DNA of 64,000 nucleotides from a phage: sequence record OZ346212.1; one strand, 5' to 3'. The notes below the pieces were generated by a model, which ran no database searches, was not told the origin of the DNA, and worked only from the letters and a program-made list of their open reading frames with translations. Below, piece by piece: positions 56,024 to 63,717 of this stretch (positions are counted from its first letter, which is position 1; every line of letters begins with the position of its first letter). A program made the translations under genes and the position numbers.

Positions 56024-56785
56024 TTAAAGTTCCATAAAGTTTTCTACAGTTTCAATAAATGCTTTATCAGAGAAAGCGTCAACAGCACCGTTAAACCATA
56101 CAGGGATCCCGCGATCCTCATATTGATAAAGGTCGCTACGTGAAATGCCACTCCCATCTGCACTCTGCGAGTCATACTTGTTTACAATCAGCAGTTTTGT
56201 GCCTTTACAAGTAGCAGGAAACAATTCCCAGTTAAAATTAATAACTGTGTTAGAACAACCTACTAGGATCACCATATCATTGCTTGTGAGAGATGTCAAC
56301 AGGTCATACATGTCTGTATACTTAGGAGCAACCTCACCGAAGAACACTACATTGGGCTTAACCCAGGTATACTTGCCTGTATCTACCTCCGTGTATCCGA
56401 TATTTTTAATTACATCATTACCTTCAGCATCTTCGTAGGTGATTTCAGGCAAATACCCGTGGACATGTAAAATATCTTCATGTTTTACACCAGCACGCTC
56501 CAGCAAATCATCTACATTGGTGGTAAGGTTGATCACACGACCAGACCAGCGGGAATACCACTCAGCGATCCGAAGATGTGCAAGGTTAGGATCAACACTG
56601 CCCAGAGCTACACGACGTGCATTGTAAAAGTCATGCACCTTATAGTAGTTCTTGGCAAAGGTGTGGATGTTGCACACCTCATCGATGCTGAAATTCTCCC
56701 ACATTGCAGTGCTACCAGATCGGAAAGTGGGAATACCAGATTCAGCGCTCAAACCAGCACCGGAGATAATAATCAGTCGTCGCAT
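56024..56785 (-). CDS. Sir2-family (sirtuin-like) NAD-dependent protein lacking zinc-ribbon cysteines
   Basis: Rossmann signature IIISGAGLSAESGIPTFRS and catalytic-His region LHVHG; no CxxC...CxxC pairs. Confidence 0.75.
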   Translation of the reverse strand: MRRLIIISGAGLSAESGIPTFRSGSTAMWENFSIDEVCNIHTFAKNYYKVHDFYNARRVALGSVDPNLAHLRIAEWYSRWSGRVINLTTNVDDLLERAGVKHEDILHVHGYLPEITYEDAEGNDVIKNIGYTEVDTGKYTWVKPNVVFFGEVAPKYTDMYDLLTSLTSNDMVILVGCSNTVINFNWELFPATCKGTKLLIVNKYDSQSADGSGISRSDLYQYEDRGIPVWFNGAVDAFSDKAFIETVENFMEL

Positions 56786-56793
56786 AAGTGTCC

Positions 56794-57144
56794 TCAGTAG
56801 ATGTTTTGTTTAATCTCTATTCCAAACTTCTTGAATGAGTCAGCAGCAAGCATAAATTTACGAGCTGCCGATGGATTAGAAGTATGCACGAAAATAATCA
56901 CGTTGTCAATAAGTGGTGGCTTTCCGAATACAAGTTTCTCCTCTAGCGCAGAGAAGCAGTCGTACCCTTCAAGCACTTCACCTAGATCATTGTCAAAATA
57001 CCACTCAGATACGCGTCTGTAGAGCTTTCTCTTATCATTAAGAAAATCCATAAACTCAGAAGAATTCTTTAGCCACAGAGCGTCTGGGAGTCCATAATCT
57101 GACGGATCTCTAAAATCATCAAGCCACACAATCCACTTCTTCAT
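56794..57144 (-). CDS. hypothetical protein (116 aa)
   Basis: Track ORF between the sirtuin-like and ligase-like genes. Confidence 0.5.
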   Translation of the reverse strand: MKKWIVWLDDFRDPSDYGLPDALWLKNSSEFMDFLNDKRKLYRRVSEWYFDNDLGEVLEGYDCFSALEEKLVFGKPPLIDNVIIFVHTSNPSAARKFMLAADSFKKFGIEIKQNIY

Positions 57145-58076
57145 TGCATATAGTCCTCGTTGTGGAAATAGTAGTCCAGTATCTCACGACGCTCCTGCTC
57201 TAATAAGCAATTCCACACATCTTCTGTATAGTTGCTACGAATAAATTTTACCATACCGTAAAACTCTTCGTCAACACGTTTAAAGATATCATCATCCCAA
57301 ATCTTCCAAGCTTTACCCCTCATTACTGCCTTCCGTGCCAGATAGTATGGAGACTTGATCTTCAGCTGCAGATCATAAGGGTAGTAAGGCTTACGAATCA
57401 TATACCCTTCACCTCTTGTTTCTGCAGCTAATTCTTTTGCATAGCTGAACGGAATTTCACGCACAGTGTTAGGACGTTTTGCACCAAGGTATTTGGCAAT
57501 CCCATCTAAAGCTGCTTCTGGTAGCATTATTCCAGAATCATTATATCTGCAACCTATCAAATATGCGCCATGGTCTTCTTGAACAATATGCGGATCTGAA
57601 GGGTGACAAATTTCAAACATGAATGTCATGTTTTCATTGCCCATAACCTTCTTGATAAGATCTAAATTACCACATTGCTCTTGGATGGTTTCCTTTGCAA
57701 GGTTACAATATGGAGAATCAAGAGACCCGGTTGTTGAGAACAATAGGTCACCTTTATGAGATGATACCACACCAAGGAATCCGTTCTTTTTCTCTACCGC
57801 AGTCACAAGCTTATTGTCAGGCAGGTTGGTGGAGTTTTCTCCCAAGTTAAACACTTTTGTGAAGGGCCATGCCACAACATTTCCTTCATTACCTACAACA
57901 ATGCCTCGGCACTCCAGTAAACGAGGGGACAAATGCCATAAATTGTTGTAAAATACTTTTCTAGCATATTTATAGATCTTTAACCCGAGATCTGGGTAAT
58001 ACCTACTGGTTACAAGACCTTTGTCAACTAGGTCGTCTGCATTAAAATACTTCATTATATGTTCCTCATTTGTCAT
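57141..58076 (-). CDS. putative RNA ligase / nucleotidyltransferase (ligase superfamily)
   Basis: Candidate motif I VEKKNGF (KxNG); divergently paired with P-loop kinase and phosphoesterase next to tRNA genes. Confidence 0.4.
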   Translation of the reverse strand: MTNEEHIMKYFNADDLVDKGLVTSRYYPDLGLKIYKYARKVFYNNLWHLSPRLLECRGIVVGNEGNVVAWPFTKVFNLGENSTNLPDNKLVTAVEKKNGFLGVVSSHKGDLLFSTTGSLDSPYCNLAKETIQEQCGNLDLIKKVMGNENMTFMFEICHPSDPHIVQEDHGAYLIGCRYNDSGIMLPEAALDGIAKYLGAKRPNTVREIPFSYAKELAAETRGEGYMIRKPYYPYDLQLKIKSPYYLARKAVMRGKAWKIWDDDIFKRVDEEFYGMVKFIRSNYTEDVWNCLLEQERREILDYYFHNEDYMQ

Positions 58077-58176
58077 TTTGTCAGTCTATCCTGCCACACA
58101 AATAACCTAGTGTCAACACTTGAAATTAACAAAACAGTTAGGTATACTACCGTTGAAATTAAAACGGAGGGTCGCT

Positions 58177-58587
58177 ATGTCTAAAATGCTATATATCGTG
58201 CGTGGTCTACCAGGGTCTGGCAAATCAACACTGGCAAATGAGCTATCTTTAGAGGGTCTGTATCCACATTTTGAGAACGACATGTTCTGGTATGACGATG
58301 ACGGCAATTACAACTGGGATGCAAGTAAAGTAACACTCGCAGCAAAATGGTGCAAAGATAACGTAGAAGATATGATGCGTATGGGATACGACCGTATCGT
58401 GGTAAGTAATACGTTTACAAAAGAAAAACATGTGCAGGAATATGTTGACATGGCAATCACTCACGGGTATAGTTATACCGTGATCGTGGTTGAAAACCGC
58501 CACGGTAATAAAAGCATTCATGATGTTCCAGACAAGGTTGTGGATCGTATGGAACGCCAGCTTAAAAACTGCATTAAACTTAAATGA
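58177..58587 (+). CDS. P-loop polynucleotide-kinase-like protein
   Basis: ATG 58177 after GGAGGG; Walker A GLPGSGKST; track ORF start 58120 lies in promoter. Confidence 0.6.
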   Translation: MSKMLYIVRGLPGSGKSTLANELSLEGLYPHFENDMFWYDDDGNYNWDASKVTLAAKWCKDNVEDMMRMGYDRIVVSNTFTKEKHVQEYVDMAITHGYSYTVIVVENRHGNKSIHDVPDKVVDRMERQLKNCIKLK

Positions 58588-58594
58588 GGAATGT

Positions 58595-59149
58595 ATGAAA
58601 TACTTTGTAACAAGCGACACACACTTTCTCCACCAGCGGGTCATGGAGTTTGATTCATGTCAAAAACACAGATCTCAGTATGATCACAATCTTGACAGTA
58701 TGAATGCAGGAATCATCGCCGAGTGGAACTCTGTTGTGTCACCTGCAGACACTGTGTTCCACTTGGGAGATATTGCGTGCACTAATGATAAGAATATCAA
58801 CAACTTACTTCCAGATATTCTAAATATGTTGAACGGACATATTATTCTTGTTCGTGGCAACCATGACACAAGGACGACTGTCAGAATTATGAAAGAGTTC
58901 GGTCATGAGGTTGTAGATTATTACGAGCTTCGCCACAACAAGAATTTGATCTGTATGAGCCATTACCAGTTTGCAAAGTGGAACAGAAAGCCTCACGGAT
59001 CAGTCCAACTGTTCGGTCATGCTCACGGAACCACACAACAGTTGTTTGGCAGGCAGCTTGATGTCGGTTGGGATGTGTGGGGGAGACTCTTACCATTAGA
59101 AGAGGCATACCGTATTGCAATGAGTTTTGATATTGACAGCAGGGAGTAA
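58595..59149 (+). CDS. calcineurin-like metallophosphoesterase
   Basis: MPP motifs SDTHF, GDIAC, GNHD; ATG 58595 after GAGGA. Confidence 0.65.
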   Translation: MKYFVTSDTHFLHQRVMEFDSCQKHRSQYDHNLDSMNAGIIAEWNSVVSPADTVFHLGDIACTNDKNINNLLPDILNMLNGHIILVRGNHDTRTTVRIMKEFGHEVVDYYELRHNKNLICMSHYQFAKWNRKPHGSVQLFGHAHGTTQQLFGRQLDVGWDVWGRLLPLEEAYRIAMSFDIDSRE

Positions 59150-59196
59150 TCCCTGCTATTTTAAAGAAAATTGCCACACAAGGAGAATCAGGAGAT

Positions 59197-59547
59197 ATGA
59201 AAGATGGGGATAAGCTGCTATATCTTAAAGTCCCCCTTGAAATACTATCTATGTCAAAAGTTTTGAATGACACAACTGGGGAGGTTGTTGTTCTTGACTT
59301 GTATGACAAGATCGTATACTGCTACCTGCACAACTGGTATAAGCTTGGAGGAAATTCACGCTTCACACCAAGCACAAGGAAAATTGCAGCAGATGTTGGG
59401 ATAAAGAAAACAAAAGCAGCAGCGTGCGTTAAAACTTTAGAATGTGCAGGAGTGGTTGAAACATCCACACAAGGGAGAGGTAAAAGATGCACATTTTCCA
59501 AAGTTTTGCCACCAGAAGAAGTTATTCGGATGTCAACAACTGGTTAG
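59197..59547 (+). CDS. putative HTH DNA-binding protein
   Basis: Helix-turn-helix-like STRKIAADVGIKKTKAAACVKTLECAGVV; immediately upstream of iteron array. Confidence 0.5.
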   Translation: MKDGDKLLYLKVPLEILSMSKVLNDTTGEVVVLDLYDKIVYCYLHNWYKLGGNSRFTPSTRKIAADVGIKKTKAAACVKTLECAGVVETSTQGRGKRCTFSKVLPPEEVIRMSTTG

Positions 59548-59621
59548 ACCAGTAAAAACTTAAATATCTGTACTATAAGGATTCGTATGTTTTATGTTCG
59601 CCATGGAACGGATACTATTAA

Positions 59622-59704
59622 CTGTCCGTGATACGGACACTACTGTCCGTCACGCGGACACATCTGCCCGTAATACGGACACTAACTGTCCGTGATACGG
59701 ACAC
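59622..59704. repeat. four phased palindromic iterons (CTGTCCGTGATACGGACAC, 21-22 bp period)
   Basis: Copies at 59622, 59643, 59664, 59686; each an inverted repeat TGTCCGT-N3-ACGGACA; followed by AT-rich tract to about 59830. Confidence 0.85.
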
Positions 59705-59829
59705 ATAAAGAATATAACTAAAATAACTAAATAATAAAAAATAAAAGATCTAGTACTTATGGTACTAAGTACATATACTTAACTTATGTAGAATATACTA
59801 GATCCTAAGTACCATGTTTTAAATTTATT

Positions 59830-60100
59830 ACTTACTATGGGCAGTGTCGGCCCTTCATTGGCACTCGCCTACGAGGGGGCGAGATGCCGGGCCTCCTTGG
59901 CGCACACAATAACAGAAGTTCATACATGCAGGTCTGTTAACATGTGTGGGAGCGAAGCGATAGCGCAGGCCAAAGGCCGAGCACTGATGTGGACCACCGA
60001 CGAAAGCTTGCCAGCGCCGTAAGGAGTCGGTTGAGAGTCTCCCGCGCGAGCTTGGATGAAGTTTATGTGTGGAAACTGACAAGAAGGCCCCTAAATCGCT
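59830..60100. ncRNA. GC-rich structured non-coding segment (candidate ncRNA, identity unknown)
   Basis: Sharp GC jump in an AT-rich genome; nested hairpins e.g. GGCA-CTCGCC-tacgaggg-GGCGAG-a-TGCC; both-strand ORFs are not protein-like and lack SD. Confidence 0.3.
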
Positions 60101-60208
60101 CCACAGCTATATAAACTATACCAGGTAATGCAATCGCACCAGTTTGATAGAAAAGCTCGTTACAAAGCGATACAGTGAGTTTTTCTATAACTTGAAGAGG
60201 AGGCAGCT

Positions 60209-60787
60209 ATGGGTTCACGCAAAGATGACCGTGAAAAGATTGCAAAACGTTATCAGAATGAAGAACAGATGGAGAAAACTTTCAAGTGGAAGCCAGGTTT
60301 CCAGCGTAATCATTCTAACGCTCGTGATCGTAAGCATCCGGATAAGTGGCTAACACCGCCAAATGATGGCATGCAGGTTGGGGATGAGAAGGAGATGTCG
60401 CCTGGAAAAGATGGCAACTACATTCGCACTAAGGACGCTGGTCCAAAGGATGACAGCTATCTTGTAGATAAGGTTCTTGATGGTATCAATGTAGATGTTG
60501 ACACTGCACGAAACCTTTTTCTTGGGTGGTATCGCACAGGTTTTTTCGACATCAAGGCTATTCGTCGTGTTTGTGATATTAAAAAGTCTGCATATGATGA
60601 CGACTCGTTACATCGCACCCTGAGACAATATTCAGAAAGATATGGTCATCCGGTTATCACTCTTGACGATGTTAACGAAGTGATGTATCATGCAGAGGTT
60701 GTTGCAGGAAGATTCGGTGATGCATATCTTGATATCCTTTCTGCAAAGGATGAGGTAATGTTAAATAAGATTTACTATGAACGCTGA
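60209..60787 (+). CDS. hypothetical protein (192 aa)
   Basis: SD GAGGAGG then ATG. Confidence 0.6.
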   Translation: MGSRKDDREKIAKRYQNEEQMEKTFKWKPGFQRNHSNARDRKHPDKWLTPPNDGMQVGDEKEMSPGKDGNYIRTKDAGPKDDSYLVDKVLDGINVDVDTARNLFLGWYRTGFFDIKAIRRVCDIKKSAYDDDSLHRTLRQYSERYGHPVITLDDVNEVMYHAEVVAGRFGDAYLDILSAKDEVMLNKIYYER

Positions 60788-60797
60788 GGAGCGCTTA

Positions 60798-60986
60798 ATG
60801 AACAACCCGGTAGCAAAGAACTGTAATAAGTTCAACAAGTCTGCAATTCACACTGACAGGAAAAAGAGCTGGTCTCCTGACATTGACGAGGAGCTTGAGA
60901 GTTACTTTGAAGACCTGGTCACTAATGCAGATGAGGTTGCGATTAAAGAATACGCAGACAGGAAGGATAAGGCCGGAATCTGTTGA
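60798..60986 (+). CDS. hypothetical protein
   Basis: Internal ATG 60798 after GAGGAG; track ORF starts 60777. Confidence 0.45.
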   Translation: MNNPVAKNCNKFNKSAIHTDRKKSWSPDIDEELESYFEDLVTNADEVAIKEYADRKDKAGIC

Positions 60987-61062
60987 CAAAAATAGTGTTA
61001 CCTGATAAGATCTGCAATATGATGTGATGCAATTTTAACTTACGAGGTCTACAGGTAATGCT

Positions 61063-61305
61063 ATGTTTAAGGTTAAGCTCGTTTTTCGTTCCATGAATGA
61101 GGATTATTTAGAAGATGAAGGTGAATTTCGTGCACTGGATGATGCAATAGATTTTGCCAACGACTTAGCTTGTATGAATACGGGTTATGGGCTATGCTGT
61201 TGGGATGGTGGTGTTCAGATCGGTGATAGCAAGATCTTCTACTTCTACCCTGAGCCTGATAACAAACAAATTAAGTATGTTTTATTTATTTGTGCTTTAC
61301 AATGA
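61063..61305 (+). CDS. hypothetical protein (80 aa)
   Basis: Preceded by TTGACA promoter at about 60984. Confidence 0.5.
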   Translation: MFKVKLVFRSMNEDYLEDEGEFRALDDAIDFANDLACMNTGYGLCCWDGGVQIGDSKIFYFYPEPDNKQIKYVLFICALQ

Positions 61306-61329
61306 GGTTGTTTTCGTGTATCATGATGA

Positions 61330-61592
61330 ATATCCAATTTAAAGATGAATTTGATGGCTTTATCTCCGGATGCTTTGAAACAGGGTTCGGAGAAGGCTGA
61401 GTTCCCCTTAGAGGGCTTGATAGTGCACCACACTTAAAATGGTAGGGGCAGCCAGCACATGACGATGTGACCCCAGCCAACCTGTAATAAGGTCGAGCCA
61501 AAGTGCGGTAATGGGCTCTGGTAACCCACTTGTTGGGTCTTGCTGGTCCAGGACGCTGGACAAGTCGCAGGGAATACCACCCTGCGGCGAAC
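61330..61592. other. second GC-rich structured non-coding segment
   Basis: No protein-like ORF on either strand; hairpins TCCAG-gacg-CTGGA, GCAGGG-aatacca-CCCTGC. Confidence 0.3.
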
Positions 61593-61621
61593 TTGACAAT
61601 CAGTATTTGCTATGATAAAAT
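61593..61621 (+). promoter_or_regulatory. sigma70-type promoter (TTGACA-17-TAAAAT)
   Basis: Hexamers 57 nt upstream of ATG 61650. Confidence 0.55.
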
Positions 61622-61649
61622 CCACCTATCACGTGATAATGGAGGAAAC

Positions 61650-61988
61650 ATGGCGGATACAACTAAAAAGCGTCGCCGTAGAGGCAGACCTCTGAAAGAG
61701 GAGTCCAACGCCATTCAGCTAGAGAAGAACATCCTTGATATGAAGGAATCTTTTATAGCGATGGTTCCAGAAGCTCACAAAGTTTTAAGAGAGCTGATGT
61801 TGGACCCGAAAACCAAACAAAATATTCGTCAAAGCATTGCAGAGTATGTTCTTGATAAGGCAGACCGAATGCAGGAAGAATATGATGAGATGTTTGGTGA
61901 AGAGGAAGAGGTGGTAGTAGAAGAGGCTGAAAAACCAGCACCTTTTATGCCATTCACCACAGAAATACAGCCTGTTGGCAATAGTTAA
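61650..61988 (+). CDS. AT-hook-containing acidic protein
   Basis: ATG 61650 after GGAGGA; KKRRRRGRPLK AT-hook-like motif, acidic C-terminal half. Confidence 0.55.
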   Translation: MADTTKKRRRRGRPLKEESNAIQLEKNILDMKESFIAMVPEAHKVLRELMLDPKTKQNIRQSIAEYVLDKADRMQEEYDEMFGEEEEVVVEEAEKPAPFMPFTTEIQPVGNS

Positions 61989-61997
61989 AATATTTTC

Positions 61998-62026
61998 TTG
62001 ACAAACTTTGCTTAACAGTGTAATAT
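61998..62026 (+). promoter_or_regulatory. sigma70-type promoter driving tRNA cluster (TTGACA-17-TAATAT)
   Basis: Consensus hexamers about 60 nt upstream of first tRNA. Confidence 0.6.
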
Positions 62027-62084
62027 TGTAAACATGGTCTCCCACCTTTTCTGGCGGCTAAGGTGTAAAAGAAAGCCACCCAGT

Positions 62085-62159
62085 GCCCTGTTAGCTTAGT
62101 GGATAAAGCAGCGGCCTTCTAAGCCGTTGACACTGGTTCGAGTCCAGTACGGGGTGCCA
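62085..62159 (+). tRNA. tRNA-Arg (anticodon UCU)
   Basis: Hand-folded cloverleaf: acceptor GCCCTGT/ACGGGGT, anticodon loop CTTCTAA, T-loop TTCGAGT, encoded CCA. Confidence 0.8.
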
Positions 62160-62163
62160 AATT

Positions 62164-62250
62164 GGGGAGTTATCCCGTAGAGGTAGCGGTGTAGACTGTA
62201 AATCTATTGTCATTGCGACTCGGGTGGTTCGACTCCACCACTCCCCACCA
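62164..62250 (+). tRNA. tRNA-Tyr (anticodon GUA), long variable arm
   Basis: Acceptor GGGGAGT/ACTCCCC, anticodon loop CTGTAAA, T-loop TTCGACT, CCA; overall like E. coli tRNA-Tyr. Confidence 0.8.
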
Positions 62251-62364
62251 AATTTATATTTTTAGATGCATAAATAATACAGATAATGGCATTGATATTT
62301 ATCGTCGTTTATACTAGTCACTAACTGCTCGAAAATCAGTGTCATTATCAGTATTATTTATAAA

Positions 62365-62455
62365 GGAGGGTAGGGAGCAATGGTGCTCAATCGGTCTTGA
62401 AAACCGTCCCGTTGAGGATGACTCGATGATGGTTCGATTCCATTACTCTCCGCCA
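62365..62455 (+). tRNA. tRNA-Ser (anticodon UGA), long variable arm
   Basis: Acceptor GGAGGGT/ACTCTCC, anticodon loop CTTGAAA, 20-nt variable arm, T-loop TTCGATT, CCA. Confidence 0.75.
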
Positions 62456-62553
62456 CATTGTTGACCTTGTAATTAAGCGAAAGTCGGAAGCAGAACCGGA
62501 TTATCAAATGTTACAGTCGTCATCGCCGACTAGCAACATGGTCAACATACTGA

Positions 62554-62650
62554 GCTAGGTAAGCCCTTTGGCAAGGGCGAGGATTTTTAATCCTGAAAAT
62601 AGACGAGGTAGTCGTTGAATACATAGGTGGTTCGATTCCATCACCTAGCA
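62554..62650 (+). tRNA. atypical 97-nt tRNA-like gene (possibly Lys-UUU with about 29-nt variable region) or pseudo-tRNA
   Basis: Perfect acceptor GCTAGGT/ACCTAGC, D-arm GCCC...GGGC, hairpin with loop TTTTTAA, extra hairpin ACGA-ggtag-TCGT, T-arm GGTGG-TTCGATT-CCATC; no encoded CCA. Confidence 0.35.
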
Positions 62651-62657
62651 CCTTTTT

Positions 62658-62733
62658 GCTGATGTAGCACAATCGGTAGTGCAATTGATTTGTAATCAAT
62701 AGGTTGTAGGTTCAAGTCCTGCCATCAGCACCA
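62658..62733 (+). tRNA. tRNA-Thr (anticodon UGU)
   Basis: Acceptor GCTGATG/CATCAGC, anticodon stem ATTGA/TCAAT with loop TTTGTAA, T-loop TTCAAGT, CCA. Confidence 0.85.
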
Positions 62734-62734
62734 A

Positions 62735-62809
62735 GGCCCTGTAGCTGGAAGGTTCAAGCAAGCGACTCATAATCGCCAGACGGTGGTTCAATTCCACCCA
62801 GGGCCACCA
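62735..62809 (+). tRNA. tRNA-Met or Ile2 (anticodon CAU), elongator type
   Basis: Acceptor GGCCCTG/CAGGGCC fully paired (not initiator-like), anticodon loop CTCATAA, T-loop TTCAATT, CCA. Confidence 0.75.
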
Positions 62810-62820
62810 AATAGTAAATA

Positions 62821-62897
62821 CTCCGCGTAGCTCAGCTTGGTAGAGCGCCTGATTTGGGATCAGGAGGTCGAGTGTTCGAATCACTCCGTGGAGACCA
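62821..62897 (+). tRNA. tRNA-Pro (anticodon UGG)
   Basis: Acceptor CTCCGCG/CGTGGAG, D-arm GCTC...GAGC, anticodon stem CCTGA/TCAGG with loop TTTGGGA, T-loop TTCGAAT, CCA. Confidence 0.85.
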
Positions 62898-62943
62898 CTT
62901 TCAGTTATACTTTAAACATATATAAACAAAAGGAACCTTTAAA

Positions 62944-63213
62944 ATGTATACACTTAAAATTGTAGAGCGTGTAAATCCAACTCATACCGTAGATTTTCGT
63001 GACGATTTCAATCCTCTGGCTGTAAATCTTCGAGAGTCATATCATGAACTCAGCTGCGATGCAGTGGTGGTCTTTTTTGAAGACAACTCTGAAGGGGCGG
63101 TAGCTTGTGTTGTTGATAGTGAGCAGAAGTTTTATATTTACAGAGATGTAGATGCATACTTGATGAATGAAAACGCAGTTACTGTTAGAATCATCCACCG
63201 AGTGCCTCGATAA
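62944..63213 (+). CDS. hypothetical protein (89 aa)
   Basis: SD AAAAGGAA then ATG, followed by terminator. Confidence 0.55.
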   Translation: MYTLKIVERVNPTHTVDFRDDFNPLAVNLRESYHELSCDAVVVFFEDNSEGAVACVVDSEQKFYIYRDVDAYLMNENAVTVRIIHRVPR

Positions 63214-63269
63214 GTATTAGTCTCCTTTTAGTTAGTTTCGATCTATTTAGGTTACTCAATTTTAACCCG

Positions 63270-63300
63270 CCCCGTTAGCTGTATAGCTGCGGGGTTTTTT
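63270..63300 (+). terminator. rho-independent terminator
   Basis: CCCCG...CGGGG stem followed by TTTTTT. Confidence 0.7.
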
Positions 63301-63318
63301 CGTTTCTGGAGCCTTAAA

Positions 63319-63717
63319 ATGATTTCAGGTTTAACATGGCTGAGTAGGTATAGAGGGATCATAAAAGGTTTAGTTTTTGCAGCGGCTATAGGTACAGCTT
63401 ATCTTGGGGCCGTGTATTGGTTTAACTCTAAGCTTAATGAAGCCTACCAAGAAGGTGTGTTAGCAACAGAGTTGAAGTGGGAACGGATCCTTGATCAGCA
63501 ACAAAAGCAGGCCGACAAAATTAAAATGGGCCACGCAGAGGAGGTTAAAAACCTTGAAAAATCCCTTTCTGATCTACAGGATAAATTAAATATAGCTGAG
63601 AGGGCAGGTAGAGAAAAGCAGATTATCTACCTCCAATCACCTGAAGGTAAGAAGTCAACACTTCCTGATCAGCTTATAGATATTTATAATGAGAGTATCA
63701 ATCAGGAGGATCGATGA
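63319..63717 (+). CDS. putative i-spanin (Rz-like)
   Basis: N-terminal TM helix LVFAAAIGTAYLGAVYWF then charged coiled-coil-like periplasmic region; overlaps lipoprotein gene by ATGA. Confidence 0.5.
   Translation: MISGLTWLSRYRGIIKGLVFAAAIGTAYLGAVYWFNSKLNEAYQEGVLATELKWERILDQQQKQADKIKMGHAEEVKNLEKSLSDLQDKLNIAERAGREKQIIYLQSPEGKKSTLPDQLIDIYNESINQEDR

Noticed and set aside
59622-59704. Possible CRISPR array
   Set aside because: Repeats are palindromic 19-mers separated by only 2-3 bp, so there are no spacers, and no cas genes. Interpreted as iterons/operators.
59983-60006. Hammerhead-ribozyme-like CUGAUG...GAAA core
   Set aside because: Conserved A9 is absent and the intervening sequence cannot form stem II.
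59837-60082. Overlapping ORFs on both strands (61 and 75 aa) in the GC-rich segment
   Set aside because: No SD sequences and Arg/Ala/Gly/Cys-rich junk translations; openness explained by GC richness. Region called as candidate structured RNA instead.
61245-61625. Four overlapping minus-strand ORFs (62-71 aa)
   Set aside because: Mutually overlapping in different frames, no SD, antisense to a promoter. Consistent with non-coding GC-rich sequence.
62696-62884. 62-aa minus-strand ORF
   Set aside because: Lies entirely across three well-folded tRNA genes.
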